A stretch of DNA of 64,000 nt from an uncultured Acidobacteriota bacterium (GCA_963822445.1 CAWGHO010000002.1:192001-256000); one strand, 5' to 3'. Positions 1-13,245 are shown, counted from the first letter of the stretch. Notes: generated from the letters alone by a model not told the origin. Translations and numbers: made by a program.

Positions 1-227
1 TCACTCTGCAGGGCTTTGTGGCGGGTCTCGGTTTCCTTGAGCTGGTTCTGCAGGCGGGTGGTCTCGCGGCCGAGCTGGATGATCTGGACGTTCTGCCAGG
101 CGAAGAGGAGCAGAAAGAGACCGATCGGCGCGCCCAGGGCCAGGACCGCGAGGAGCTCACGAAATCGCTGGCGATCTCTCTCGCGAACGATGTGGGTGTT
201 TTCGATCGATTTCTTCTGTGTGTACAT
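1..227 (-). CDS. ftsL: Cell division protein FtsL-like (3' part runs off the window)
   Basis: Manual translation from ATG 227 (alternative in-frame ATG 254): MYTQKKSIENTHIVRERDRQRFRELLAVLALGAPIGLFLLLFAWQNVQIIQLGRETTRLQNQLKETETRHKALQS. Short basic N-terminus, one TM helix, coiled coil; follows mraZ-rsmH as in dcw clusters. Not in the ORF track. Confidence 0.75.
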   Translation of the reverse strand, partial: MYTQKKSIENTHIVRERDRQRFRELLAVLALGAPIGLFLLLFAWQNVQIIQLGRETTRLQNQLKETETRHKALQS

Positions 228-412
228 GACGGGCGACGCCGACAGCCGTCTCATGACGGCCGAAGCCGACGAACAAGGGTGAAGATCTGCCTACAAGCAC
301 GGTGCGACGAGCCATCCACACACACCCACGCTCCACGCTCCACCCCTCCCGAGCTCCCCTACCGCACACACACCCACCCTTCCCCAACCTTCACCCTTGC
401 TCTTCGGCTCCT

Positions 413-502
413 GTTGCGAGGTTTCGCGGTTACGAGGTTCCGAGGTTCCGAGGAAGAACCACCCCGTAACCCCGCAACCTCGGAACCCCGCAACCTCACA
501 AC
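413..502. repeat. Inverted tandem octamer array (GTTNCGNG)x5 ... (CNCGNAAC)x5
   Basis: gttgcgag gtttcgcg gttacgag gttccgag gttccgag / cccgtaac cccgcaac ctcggaac cccgcaac ctcacaac; last unit contains the rsmH stop codon. Confidence 0.85.
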
Positions 503-1414
503 TTCTCCGCGACCCTCAGCTTCGCGCTTCGCGATCGCGGATTTCCTGCGATTTCATCCTCTGAAGCAGTCACCGGACGTCCCGTCAGTTGCTCGATCAC
601 CGCGCGCGCGCCGCAGCCGCAAACGGGCATGTGCGGCGGGCAGGTGCACTCGCCTTCCAGTCTGCGGAAGGCCCGTTTCACGATGCGGTCTTCGAGCGAG
701 TGGAAGGAGATGACGGCCAGCTTCGCGCCGGGCTCGAGGACGCTCACCGCGTCGTCGACGAACTGCTCGAGGCCGACCAGCTCTTCATTCGTGGCGATGC
801 GCAGCGCCTGAAAGGTCAGCGTCGAGGGATCGATCTCGCCGTAGCGCTGGTGCTTGACCGACTTGATGACCTCCGCGAGCTGCTTCGTCGTTTCGATCGG
901 ACCGGTCACGCGCGAATGCACGATTGCCCGGGCGATGCGCCGGCGCCATCGGCTCTTCGCCGTAATCGCGGAGGATCCGGCTCAGCTCGAACTCGTCGAG
1001 CGTGTTCACCAGATCGGCCGCGCTCTTCCCCTCTGAGCCCATGCGCATGTCGAGCGGCGCGTCGAAACGGAACGAGAAACCGCGCGCCGCGTCGTCGAGC
1101 TGCATCGAGGAAACACCAAGGTCGGCGAGGATCCCGCTGACTTTTTCGATGCCTGACTGCTTCAGAATTTCAATGAGCGATTCATGACGGCCGCGAACGA
1201 GCGTCACCCGGTCGCCGAAACGGCTCAGCCGCTCCCGTGACCGCTCGAGTGCCGCCGGATCGCGATCGATTCCGATCAGCCGGACGTCCGGATGCTGCTC
1301 CAGCAGCGCTTCCGCATGTCCGCCCAGCCCCACCGTCGCGTCGACGAGCGTTCCGTCGGGGCGGGATGGGATCAGGTACTCGAGAATTTCGTTTAAAAGA
1401 ACCGGCTGGTGCAT
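496..1414 (-). CDS. rsmH: 16S rRNA m4C1402 methyltransferase RsmH (MraW), split by one extra base near 942
   Basis: ORF 785..1414 has HQPVLL, DATVGLGGH, DLGVSSMQLD, RGFSF, PLDMRM. ORF 496..921 has FQALRIATNEEL, ISFHSLEDRIVK, NPRSRSAKLR. Removing one C restores EEPMARRIARAIV. Confidence 0.92.
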
Positions 1415-1416
1415 GC

Positions 1417-1872
1417 CTACACCCCATGCAGTTCCAGCTCCTTGAAGTCTTCTTCCGTGAGCGGCGTGTCCGTCAGCCGCTTCTTCATCTTCAATTCGTT
1501 CCAGACGATGAGGTGGTCCTGGCTGCCGAGCACGACCACGTCGTCGGCGATGCCGGCCACGTCGCGGAGGACGGCCGGAACGGTGATCCGGCCCTGGGTG
1601 TCGATGCTGCCGACCTGGCCGAAGTAGTTCACCCGCTCCAGCAGCCGGGCTTTCGCGGTCGAGGTCGAGGGGACCTTGGCCAGGCGGCCCTGGAAGTCGA
1701 ACCAGACCGGCAGGGGGTAGACCAGCGCGCTCTCGCCGTCGGTCGAGGTGATGAAGCAGTCGTTGCCGTACTTCTCTTCAATGATCTTGCGGAAATGGGC
1801 CGGGACCTTGAGGCGCCCTTTTTCATCGATCTTCGCGGGGCTGTGCCCCATGAGTACGCTGAGTTCCACCAT
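1417..1872 (-). CDS. mraZ: Division/cell wall cluster transcriptional repressor MraZ
   Basis: Two DxxGR repeats (IDEKGRL, IDTQGRI), 151 aa, directly upstream of rsmH. Confidence 0.95.
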   Translation of the reverse strand: MVELSVLMGHSPAKIDEKGRLKVPAHFRKIIEEKYGNDCFITSTDGESALVYPLPVWFDFQGRLAKVPSTSTAKARLLERVNYFGQVGSIDTQGRITVPAVLRDVAGIADDVVVLGSQDHLIVWNELKMKKRLTDTPLTEEDFKELELHGV

Positions 1873-1911
1873 TCGTAGAGCCGTTTCCGCTGTTGCGATG
1901 GCCCGTTTCTA

Positions 1912-1945
1912 CCACTGAGGTCCACCAAAGTCCACAATTTTCCAC
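1912..1945 (-). promoter_or_regulatory. MraZ-binding boxes: four GTGG repeats at 10-bp periodicity
   Basis: CCAC on + strand at 1912, 1922, 1932 and 1942, upstream of mraZ; matches the GTGG(G)-N spaced repeats known to bind MraZ. Confidence 0.8.
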
Positions 1946-1964
1946 CAAGACAATAAAAAAAGGG

Positions 1965-2037
1965 GGTGTAGTGTGGGCCTCAGGCCTACCTCTGGGCGGG
2001 GACCCCCGAAAGGCAGGCCGGAGGCCTACACCACACC
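1965..2037. repeat. REP-like palindromic element (GTAG/GTGG family A)
   Basis: ggtgtagtgtgggcctcaggcctacct...aggcaggccggaggcctacaccacacc; imperfect inverted arms, each containing a ggcc-N3-ggcc hairpin; near-identical inverted copy at 54078-54144. Confidence 0.8.
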
Positions 2038-2039
2038 GC

Positions 2040-2513
2040 TTACTTCGACTTCTTGAATCGTCCCAGAAACTCGCTGCCCACCAGGTTGTCGGCCGCGTTG
2101 AGCACGTTCTGGATCGTGCCCAGGATGTCCTCGCTGCCGCTCCAGTGCTCGCGGAGGATCTCCGGGTCGGTGTCGGTCAGCATCTTGTTCAGCAGGTAGA
2201 CGCCGAAGACGAGGTCGTCGATGTAGCCGATCGGGCCGAGGAAGGCCTCCGGCATGATGTCGAGGGGAAAGAGGTAGTAGGCCAGCCCGCTGCCGAGCAT
2301 GACCTTGTTCTTCGAGCTCACCCGGCCGTCGTTGATCAGCCGCCAGAGCAGCATGAACATGTCCGGCACGAGCAGCAGGTACTCGCCGGTCTTGCCAGCC
2401 AGCGAGCCTTTCTTTTCGAGATAACGGCAGATGTTCTCGCGGATCTTGTCGTAGAAGCGCTCGGCGCGATCGCGCGAAACGTTGTGATCGAGCTCCGTTG
2501 CAGTGTCGTCCAT
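2040..2513 (-). CDS. YkvA/DUF1232 family membrane protein
   Basis: Motif LAYYLFPLDIMPEAFLGPIGYIDD typical of DUF1232. Confidence 0.85.
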   Translation of the reverse strand: MDDTATELDHNVSRDRAERFYDKIRENICRYLEKKGSLAGKTGEYLLLVPDMFMLLWRLINDGRVSSKNKVMLGSGLAYYLFPLDIMPEAFLGPIGYIDDLVFGVYLLNKMLTDTDPEILREHWSGSEDILGTIQNVLNAADNLVGSEFLGRFKKSK

Positions 2514-2978
2514 TTACAAACCTCCCGTGGGCAGATCGGCGCCGCCCCGCCCGAGCGTGACCGCGAGGCCGCCGTCGATGATCCAGATTTTCTGGATATC
2601 GGCGGAGATGAAAGGTGGCAAAAACCGATCCAGAGACATCACCAGCGTGGCCGGCTCTTCGAACGTGACCAGCTCCTTCGGAAAGCGTTGCCGCAGCAGC
2701 CCGACCAGCAGCGTGGGAATGGGAATCGGCCCCGCGGAAATGCGCCCCAGCGGCACGCGTACCGTCGTCCCTTTCGCCTGGATCTGGGTGATGTCGACCG
2801 TGAACGGCACGGCGATGAACTTGCGAACGATGCCTTCGACGCGCAGGAGACCGTTCGAGAACTTCAGGTCCATCCGCTCGATCATCGGCTCGCGCTTGAC
2901 CATGTCCCGGGCCATCGCCGCGATCTTCTCGCCGCTGACCCGGACATCGATGGCATCCCACTCGACGAAGTGCTTCAT
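2514..2978 (-). CDS. Hypothetical protein (beta-rich, possibly lipid-binding tubular fold)
   Basis: ORF from ATG 2978 abuts the DUF1232 gene; normal codon usage; no recognised motif. Confidence 0.6.
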   Translation of the reverse strand: MKHFVEWDAIDVRVSGEKIAAMARDMVKREPMIERMDLKFSNGLLRVEGIVRKFIAVPFTVDITQIQAKGTTVRVPLGRISAGPIPIPTLLVGLLRQRFPKELVTFEEPATLVMSLDRFLPPFISADIQKIWIIDGGLAVTLGRGGADLPTGGL

Positions 2979-3031
2979 GGTGCCACTTTTACCTTTTACC
3001 TTTCCCCGTTCAACTTCTATCATCCGCGCCA

Positions 3032-6223
<3,192 letters not shown>

Positions 6224-6262
6224 CCCCTGGAAAGAAACGAACGGTCGTGCTATTTTGCACCG

Positions 6263-7150
6263 ATGACTGACGTTCCTCTCGCTGCCCGCGTCGGCTCTCC
6301 CCTGTCCCTCACCCTCGTCCGTGGCGCTCTTCGCGTCCTCTCCCACGCCTCGCCGGCCGTGGCTTCGCGCGTGGCGATGGACCTGTTCATGACGCCGCGC
6401 CGTCATCGCACGCCGGAGCGCGAGCGCGCCCTGCTGGCAAGCGCGACCCCGTTCGACGTCCGCCTCGGCGACTCGACCACGATCAAGGCCTGGAGTTGGG
6501 GCAGCAGCGGTCCGGTCGTGCTGCTCGTGCACGGCTGGGAAGGACGCGGATCGCAGATGACCCCGTTCGTGCAGCCGCTGGTCGACGCCGGTCATCGCGT
6601 GATCGCGTTCGACGCACCGGGGCACGGCGCGTCGGATGGAAATCGCTCGTCGCTGCCGCACTTCACGTATGCATTGCGCGCGGTCGCCGCGGCCACCGCC
6701 GAGCCGCACGCGATCATCGCCCACTCCCTCGGCTGCGCCGCCGCAACCCTGGCCCTTCGCGAAGGCCTCACCGCGAACGGTCTGGTTTTCATGGCCCCGC
6801 CGCTCGAGCCGGTCGACTACACGGCGCGGTTCGGCGAGATCCTCGCCCTCGACACCACGATCATCGATCGCATGCGCCTGCGGATCGAAGAGCGTTTCCT
6901 GCGCAAGTGGACCGACTACTCGCTCGCCTTGACCGCCCGGGACATGACCGCGCCCCTACTGATCGTCCACGACCGCCAGGACCAGGAGACGTTCTGGACC
7001 GAAGGAAACGCCCTCGCCTCACTCTGGCCCAACGCGCGATTGATCACGACGGACGGATTGGGACACCGGCGCATTCTGCGCGAGCCGTCGCTCGTTGCAG
7101 AAGCGGTCGCGTTTATCAGTTCGGCGCTTCGCGTCTCTCAGTCGGGGTAG
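6263..7150 (+). CDS. Alpha/beta fold hydrolase
   Basis: LLVHGWEG, FDAPGHGAS, AHSLG nucleophile elbow, GLGH catalytic His. Confidence 0.9.
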   Translation: MTDVPLAARVGSPLSLTLVRGALRVLSHASPAVASRVAMDLFMTPRRHRTPERERALLASATPFDVRLGDSTTIKAWSWGSSGPVVLLVHGWEGRGSQMTPFVQPLVDAGHRVIAFDAPGHGASDGNRSSLPHFTYALRAVAAATAEPHAIIAHSLGCAAATLALREGLTANGLVFMAPPLEPVDYTARFGEILALDTTIIDRMRLRIEERFLRKWTDYSLALTARDMTAPLLIVHDRQDQETFWTEGNALASLWPNARLITTDGLGHRRILREPSLVAEAVAFISSALRVSQSG

Positions 7151-7194
7151 ACGGTAGGCAGGGGCCGAAAAACTCTCCTACAATTGAAAACGTA

Positions 7195-7419
7195 ATGAGC
7201 CGCGTACCTCTCGATCAGATCCTCGGTCTCCCGGCTACCGAGCGCGTCGAGATCGCGCAACAGATCTGGGAGAGCGTCTTGGCCCATCCTGAAGCGGTCC
7301 TCCTCACGGAGGCGCAGAGGAATGAGCTGGAGCGCCGCTGGCTCGCGTTTGAGCAAAATCCCGATGAGGGTGAGCCTTGGGACGACGTGAAGCGATCGCT
7401 GCTTAGCGATGATTCATAG
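7195..7419 (+). CDS. Putative addiction-module antitoxin (TIGR02574-like)
   Basis: 74 aa from ATG 7195: LPATERVEIAQQIWESV...LTEAQRNELERR...GEPWDDVK; overlaps the downstream RelE/ParE gene. Confidence 0.85.
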   Translation: MSRVPLDQILGLPATERVEIAQQIWESVLAHPEAVLLTEAQRNELERRWLAFEQNPDEGEPWDDVKRSLLSDDS

Positions 7420-7708
7420 AGTCATCATTCGCCCGGAGGCGAAACAAGATCTCCGTGAGGCAAAGGCCTGGTATCGAAACATCTCTCGCGACCTTCGAGA
7501 TGATTTCGTTCGTCGGGTCGACGACGCGATCTCTCTAGTCAAAGAACGACCACTCGCATTTCAGGTCGTCCACCGAACATTCCGACGAGTATTGCTACAT
7601 CAGTTTCCTTACGCGCTTTTCTATCACGCCGGCGAGGATCGAATCGTCGTTGTCGGCGTCCTCCATCAAGCGCGCGATCCAGAGACGATCGAGTTGCGCG
7701 AGCAATGA
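7409..7708 (+). CDS. Type II toxin, RelE/ParE family
   Basis: 99 aa: EAKQDLREAKAWY...FPYALFY...IVVVGVLHQARDP; paired with upstream antitoxin. Confidence 0.88.
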   Translation: MIHRVIIRPEAKQDLREAKAWYRNISRDLRDDFVRRVDDAISLVKERPLAFQVVHRTFRRVLLHQFPYALFYHAGEDRIVVVGVLHQARDPETIELREQ

Positions 7709-7735
7709 CGCGAGCCCTCGCTCATTGCACGCCTG

Positions 7736-7826
7736 ATGGAGTGCGGCGGCTCTGCCGCCGCTTTGGCAGCGCGCGGAGCGCGCCTCCGGCGCGTGGGAAA
7801 GCGGCGGCAGAGCCGCCGCACTCCAT
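7736..7826. repeat. REP-like element (GGAG family B), perfect 29-bp inverted repeat
   Basis: atggagtgcggcggctctgccgccgcttt (7736-7764) and its exact reverse complement (7798-7826); each arm is itself a hairpin; lies between convergent genes. Confidence 0.9.
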
Positions 7827-8845
7827 TACTGCGTGATGTTCACCCAGATCTTCGTCGACGCCATTTCCGTCTTGAAGACGTTCATCGCGCGGACGTTGTA
7901 CTCCACGCGCTTGCCAGCGGCAGCGGCGATGGCGCCGCCGGAGAGCTGGCGGTGAGGGCGCGCGCCGCCCGGCTTGCGGGTGCGGTAGACGGCGTGGGGG
8001 AACGGTGAGGGCTTCTCGAACTCGATGATCACTTCATCCGCGGTCACGTCGGCGCCGCCGATGTAGCGGAAATCCCATTCGATGCCTTCGCCGACCTTGA
8101 GCGTGACTTCGAGCGGGTACGCCATGACGTAGAACCGGCCGGCGCCCTGCTCGATGTCGATGCGGACGGGCACCGTGCGGACGGCGATGAGGTTGATGGT
8201 GTCTTCGAGACGCAGCAGGCGATCGGACGACGCCGGCGGTGCGGCAATCGCCGAAGGTGCCTCGGCACGCGGCGGCGCGGGGATGAACGACGCCGGTCGC
8301 GGCTTTTCCGTCGAGAGCCAGGCCGCGGCTGGCGCGCCGCTGGACGTGATGCGCGTACGGGCGCGGCGGCCGCGCTTCTTCTCCGGCTCCGGAACATTGG
8401 GAGCTACCGGCGCGGCGGGTTTCGCCGGCGGAAAGGCGACCGGCTTGCTGATCGTGATCGGCTTCCCGGCCGGTTTGCCCGCCGGCTTCGGCGCGGGCGC
8501 CACTTTCGCGGCGACCTTGGGCGCAACCTTCTGAACGACTTTCGGGGCCACCTTCGCCGCGGCTTTCGGGGCTGCTTTCGCGGCCTTCTTCACCACTTTC
8601 GCGGCGGCTTTGGTCACCTTCACCGCGGCCTTCTTCACCTTTTTGGCAGCTTTCGCGGGTTTGACCGGCTTCTTGGCGACCGGTTTCTTCGGAGCAGCGG
8701 CCTTTTTCGGCGGTGCGGCGGCTTTGGCTTTCTTCGGGGCGGCCTTCTTGGCGACCGCCTTCACCGCGCTCTTTACGCGTGCGGCTACCTTCTTCGCCGC
8801 GTCTTTGCCCCGTGCGGCGGGCTTTTTCCCCTGCGCCTTAGCCAT
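7826..8845 (-). CDS. Histone H1-like Lys/Ala/Pro-rich protein with a globular C-terminal domain
   Basis: From ATG 8845: about 150 aa of AAKK/APKK/KVAP repeats, then KKRGRRAR and a ~110-aa beta-rich C-terminal domain. Confidence 0.75.
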   Translation of the reverse strand: MAKAQGKKPAARGKDAAKKVAARVKSAVKAVAKKAAPKKAKAAAPPKKAAAPKKPVAKKPVKPAKAAKKVKKAAVKVTKAAAKVVKKAAKAAPKAAAKVAPKVVQKVAPKVAAKVAPAPKPAGKPAGKPITISKPVAFPPAKPAAPVAPNVPEPEKKRGRRARTRITSSGAPAAAWLSTEKPRPASFIPAPPRAEAPSAIAAPPASSDRLLRLEDTINLIAVRTVPVRIDIEQGAGRFYVMAYPLEVTLKVGEGIEWDFRYIGGADVTADEVIIEFEKPSPFPHAVYRTRKPGGARPHRQLSGGAIAAAAGKRVEYNVRAMNVFKTEMASTKIWVNITQ

Positions 8846-8921
8846 GAAAGTGCCTCTCCGGAAGGTGGGATGAAAAATGGATGGCGCAATATAGCAGCGG
8901 TCGGTCAGTAAGCAAACATGA

Positions 8922-9629
8922 TTATTGGAAAACACCGCCGACGCTGAAACCGCCGTCCACGGCGATGACCTGGCCGGTGATGTACGCCGCCGGGGGCATG
9001 CAGAGGAACGCCGTAAGTCCCGCCACTTCAGATGGTTCCCCGATCCGCCCCAGCGGTGTCCGGTCCAGGATCTTCGCCAGCCGGGCCGGATCGTCGAGGA
9101 CCGGCTGGGCGAGCGGCGTGCGGATGTACCACGGCGCGACGGCGTTCACCCGGATTCCATCTTCAGCCCATTCCGCGGCCAGCCCGCGCGTCAGGTGAGC
9201 GACCGCCGCCTTGGTCATCGCGTACGGGAGTCCGGTGCCGAGGTGGCGGAAGGAAGCGACCGATACGACGTTGACCACCGACGCGTCGCCGGACCTGGCC
9301 AGCAGCGGATGCGCGAGCCGACAGATCTCGAACACCGAGTCCATGTTCGTCTCCCGGATCCGCTCGTACTCCTCGTACGAGTAGTCGTTTGCCTTCCGGC
9401 GGATGTTCGTCCCGGCGTTGTTGACGAGGATGTCGAGCGACTCGAGGCCCGCGAACATCCTCCTGCGATCGTCGGGTTTGGTCACGTCCGCGGAAATGTC
9501 GGCGGCCTCGCCGCGCGCGACGCGAATGACCTTCGCGCCGAATCGCGCCAGCTCGTCCGCGATGGCCAGGCCGATCCCGGCGGTGGCGCCGGTGACCAGG
9601 GCGGTTTTATTTTCGAGAGTCCACTTCAT
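8922..9629 (-). CDS. SDR oxidoreductase (tropinone reductase-like)
   Basis: [28 protein letters not shown]. Confidence 0.9.
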   Translation of the reverse strand: MKWTLENKTALVTGATAGIGLAIADELARFGAKVIRVARGEAADISADVTKPDDRRRMFAGLESLDILVNNAGTNIRRKANDYSYEEYERIRETNMDSVFEICRLAHPLLARSGDASVVNVVSVASFRHLGTGLPYAMTKAAVAHLTRGLAAEWAEDGIRVNAVAPWYIRTPLAQPVLDDPARLAKILDRTPLGRIGEPSEVAGLTAFLCMPPAAYITGQVIAVDGGFSVGGVFQ

Positions 9630-10950
9630 CCCGCAACACATCCCTCAACTCTTCCGCGATCCGTTTGATCTGCGAGTCGTCCTCCCCTTCCACCATCACT
9701 CGCACGAGATTCTCCGTTCCCGAATAACGCACCAGCACGCGTCCGCGTCCGCCCAGGTCGGTCAGCGCGGTTTTCAGCGCCTCCTGATACTTCGGCAGGG
9801 ACTCGAGCGGCGGTTTCGACGCGACCTTCTGATTGAGCAGAAGCTGGGGCATCGGATCGAAGGTGTGCAGCTTCGAGAACGGTGCGCCCATTTCGCCGAG
9901 GATGTGGCCGAAGACGAGGGCGGTGTGGATGCCGTCGCCGGTGGTGTGGACGGTGCGGTCGATGATGTGGCCGGACTGCTCGCCGCCGAGGATCGAGCCG
10001 CGCTCGAACATCATCTCCAGCACGTACTTGTCGCCCACGTTCGCGCGGCAAAGCTCGATGCCGTCCTCCTTCAGCTGCTTCTCGAACCCGAAATTCGACA
10101 TCACCGTCGTGACCACGCATCCGCCCTTCAGCTCATTGCGCTGGCGGAGATGCTTCGCCCACAGATAGATGATCTCGTCGCCGTCGCGGATCTTGCCCGC
10201 GTCGTCCGCGAAGATCGCGCGATCCGCATCGCCGTCGAACGCCACACCGTAATCGGCGTTCTGCTCGACGACGGTCTGCGCAAGACGCTGCGGGTGCAGC
10301 GCGCCGGATTGCTCGTTGATGTTGCGGCCGTTCGGCGCGTCGTGGATGACCACGACTTCCGCGCCCGCGCGACGGAACACTTCCGGACCGATGCGATGCG
10401 CGGCACCGTAGCCGGCGTCGAGCACGACTTTCTTTCCCGTGAGCGCGCCCGGCGGCACACCCGAGATCAGGAAACGCTCGTACGCTTCGATGAGCTCCGG
10501 CCGCTCGGTGTTCAGTTCCCGCAGCTCGGGCATGTGGTCGACGGTGACCGCGCGGAGATCGTCCTCGATCTCTTCCTCGATCGCGTCGGCGAGCTTCATT
10601 CCGTCGTGGCCGAAGATCTTCACGCCGTTGTCTTCGAAGGGATTGTGCGAAGCGGAGATCGAGATCGCCGCGACGGCATCCGTCGTCTTGCAGAGATAGG
10701 CGACGCCGGGAGTGGGGATCACGCCGACGAGAATCGGTTCGCCGCCTTCGCTGGCGATGCCCGCCGCGAGCGCACCGGCGATCTCCGGTCCCGACTCGCG
10801 CGTGTCCATCCCCAGCAAGATTTGCGGCCGCTCCGCCTCTTTCTTGAAACGATGCACGAGCGCGTTGCCGAGCTTGTACATCGTGGGCGGATCGAGCGGA
10901 TACTGCCGCGCTTTGCCGCGAATGCCGTCGGTGCCGAAGAGTTGTCTCAT
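9607..10950 (-). CDS. glmM: Phosphoglucosamine mutase
   Basis: [15 protein letters not shown] phosphoserine loop, FDGDADR, GGEQSGH, VRYSGTE. Confidence 0.96.
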   Translation of the reverse strand: MRQLFGTDGIRGKARQYPLDPPTMYKLGNALVHRFKKEAERPQILLGMDTRESGPEIAGALAAGIASEGGEPILVGVIPTPGVAYLCKTTDAVAAISISASHNPFEDNGVKIFGHDGMKLADAIEEEIEDDLRAVTVDHMPELRELNTERPELIEAYERFLISGVPPGALTGKKVVLDAGYGAAHRIGPEVFRRAGAEVVVIHDAPNGRNINEQSGALHPQRLAQTVVEQNADYGVAFDGDADRAIFADDAGKIRDGDEIIYLWAKHLRQRNELKGGCVVTTVMSNFGFEKQLKEDGIELCRANVGDKYVLEMMFERGSILGGEQSGHIIDRTVHTTGDGIHTALVFGHILGEMGAPFSKLHTFDPMPQLLLNQKVASKPPLESLPKYQEALKTALTDLGGRGRVLVRYSGTENLVRVMVEGEDDSQIKRIAEELRDVLRDEVDSRK

Positions 10951-11675
10951 TGGTCCTGTGTGTCCGTTTTTTCCTGATTGGCCGTAGTTGTTGTAGCTGT
11001 GGTGTCGGTCGCCGGCTGATTCGGTCCCATTTCCGGGAGGACCGGTACGGTGACCTGCGTGGTGAGCGGAGAGATGACCCGCACCAGCGATGAGTCGGAG
11101 ACGACCGCGACGGTCTGCACGAACGTCTCCGTGCGGTTGGTCATGATAATCCGGTCAGTCGTGACCTCGGACACCTGCATGACCTGCGAAGCCGGCCCGG
11201 AAATCAGCGCGCGATCTGGACTCGACGTCGCATCGCCGACCAGGTAACCCGCAGGTGGCCCGGCGACGACGAATGGTCGAATCGGCACCGTCCGCCGCCG
11301 CAATTGCTCGATGCGGACGCGGAACTTGTTCGGCGTGATCGTCACCACTTCGACGTTCTCGGGGAGGTTGATGCCCTGTGGCCGCAGCGTGATCTCGACT
11401 TCGCCTGGCTGGGTGATCCAGCTCAGATCGACGGGAACGTCGAGCATGGCCGGTGTCAGCGCGCGAAGCTCCGACTCGCGCCCGCGAACGCGAACGGTGA
11501 CGCTCGCCGGCAGATCCTCGGTGCTGGTGATGATCAGATTCCGCGTCAGCGGCACGAGCGAGATCGGCGCGGTGAGAATCTTCTCCCGCACGAGCTCCCG
11601 CCGCGGCGCGGACACGATCAGCCAGACCACGGCGGCGAGAAAGAGCGCGACGAACTTGAGGCCGAGGTTTCTCAT
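10947..11675 (-). CDS. cdaR: CdaR/YbbR-domain protein
   Basis: N-terminal TM (NLGLKFVALFLAAVVW), YbbR-like beta repeats; between cdaA and glmM. Confidence 0.8.
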   Translation of the reverse strand: MRNLGLKFVALFLAAVVWLIVSAPRRELVREKILTAPISLVPLTRNLIITSTEDLPASVTVRVRGRESELRALTPAMLDVPVDLSWITQPGEVEITLRPQGINLPENVEVVTITPNKFRVRIEQLRRRTVPIRPFVVAGPPAGYLVGDATSSPDRALISGPASQVMQVSEVTTDRIIMTNRTETFVQTVAVVSDSSLVRVISPLTTQVTVPVLPEMGPNQPATDTTATTTTANQEKTDTQDQ

Positions 11676-12442
11676 CGTGCCGGCTCACCGAACCTGTCGG
11701 TCAGAATCTTCCGCAGCGCGGAGCGAAGCAGATGCTCCTGGAGCTCACCGGCGATGGCCACGGCGATCGAGCCATTCTCTTCCGACACGACGATGACCAC
11801 CGCGTCGGTCTCCTCGCTCAAACCGAGCGCGGCACGGTGACGCGTGCCATGGGCAAGTTGCGGATTCGGTGACGACGTCAGCGGAAGGAACGCGTTTGCC
11901 GCGACGATGCGATTGCCGCGGATGATCACCGCGCCGTCGTGCAGCGGGCCGCCGGGCGTGAAGATCGAGACGAGCAGTTCCGTCGTCGCCAGCGCGTCGA
12001 CGGCCTTCGCGCCATCCTCATACATCCGCAGCGTCTGCCGGCCTTCGATGGCGATCAGTGCGCCGATGCGGCGCGACGCGAGGACATCGCAGGCATCGAG
12101 GATCGCGTCGTACGGCACGACCGGGCCGCGCGGGCGAAAGAGACTCGCGAATGGATTCACGCCCACGGCCGCGAGTCCGCGGCGGATCTCCTGCTGAAAC
12201 AGGACGATCACGGCGAAGGGCAGGTAGAAGAGGATCTGCCGCGAAATCGCTTCGAGCGCGGGCAGGTCGAAGGCGCGCGCGACGAAGGTCATCGAGCCGA
12301 GAATCATCAGACCGATGGAGATCTGCATGGCCCGCGTCCCGCGGATCACCGTGAGGATGTAATAGATGATGAGCGCGACGATGACCACGTCGACGGCGTC
12401 GCGCCAGGAGAAGTTGAGACGCGTGAAATCGAACGCGTTCAC
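11672..12442 (-). CDS. cdaA: Diadenylate cyclase CdaA
   Basis: Likely GTG start 12442 (4-bp overlap with folP); three TM helices, FQQEIRR, PLHDGA and GTRHRAA catalytic motifs. Confidence 0.92.
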   Translation of the reverse strand: MNAFDFTRLNFSWRDAVDVVIVALIIYYILTVIRGTRAMQISIGLMILGSMTFVARAFDLPALEAISRQILFYLPFAVIVLFQQEIRRGLAAVGVNPFASLFRPRGPVVPYDAILDACDVLASRRIGALIAIEGRQTLRMYEDGAKAVDALATTELLVSIFTPGGPLHDGAVIIRGNRIVAANAFLPLTSSPNPQLAHGTRHRAALGLSEETDAVVIVVSEENGSIAVAIAGELQEHLLRSALRKILTDRFGEPAR

Positions 12443-13245
12443 CGGCGCGCCTCGATCGCCGCGAGCACCTTCAGAAAGTCGACGGTCTCGCGCACATCGT
12501 GAACGCGCACCATCGCCGCACCGCCGCGATACGCCGCCGCGACCGCGGCTAGCGATCCCGAGACGCGCTCCGGTCCCGCCGGGCGGCCGGTGAGATGTCC
12601 GATGAATGCCTTTCGCGACGCGCCGATGACCACGGGTGCGACCATCGACAGCTCCTCGCAGCGCGCCAGGATCTCCAGGTTGTGATCGAAGGTCTTGCCG
12701 AAGCCGATTCCGGGATCGATGAGGATCCGCGACGCGTCCACACCCGCGGCGATGGCCGCGTCGCGCCACTCGCTCAGTTCGCGAGCGACGTCGCTGACCA
12801 CCTCGTCGTACTGCGGGTTCTGCTGCATGGTCTTCGGCTCGCCGCGCATGTGCATGAGGATCACCGGCACCGCACGCGATGCCGCGAGTTTGCGCATCTC
12901 AGGATCGTGGCGCAGCGCGCTGACGTCGTTGATCAGATTCGCGCCCGCATCGAGCGCCGCCTCGGCCACCGCGGCTTTCCGCGTATCGATCGAGATCGGC
13001 ACATTGCTCCGCTTGCGGATGCCTTCGATGACGGGAATGACGCGACCGAGCTCTTCGTCGATCGAGACCGCGTCCGATCCGGGCCGCGTCGACTCGCCGC
13101 CGACGTCGACCATTGCCGCGCCGTCCCGTTCCATCTGCAGCGCCGACTCGATGGCGTGGCCGCGATCGAAATGCACGCCGCCGTCGGAAAAGGAGTCGGG
13201 GGTGACGTTCACGATGCCCATCACCTCGAGCGCGTGCAGTCGCAT
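12439..13245 (-). CDS. folP: Dihydropteroate synthase
   Basis: MGIVNVTPDSFSDGG, GGESTRPG, DPGIGFGK, SRK, RVHDV. Confidence 0.96.
   Translation of the reverse strand: MRLHALEVMGIVNVTPDSFSDGGVHFDRGHAIESALQMERDGAAMVDVGGESTRPGSDAVSIDEELGRVIPVIEGIRKRSNVPISIDTRKAAVAEAALDAGANLINDVSALRHDPEMRKLAASRAVPVILMHMRGEPKTMQQNPQYDEVVSDVARELSEWRDAAIAAGVDASRILIDPGIGFGKTFDHNLEILARCEELSMVAPVVIGASRKAFIGHLTGRPAGPERVSGSLAAVAAAYRGGAAMVRVHDVRETVDFLKVLAAIEARR

Noticed and set aside
785-960. Programmed frameshift or true pseudogene in rsmH
   Set aside because: One extra C in a GC run, no slippery heptamer, both halves intact; other indels in the window point to sequencing error.
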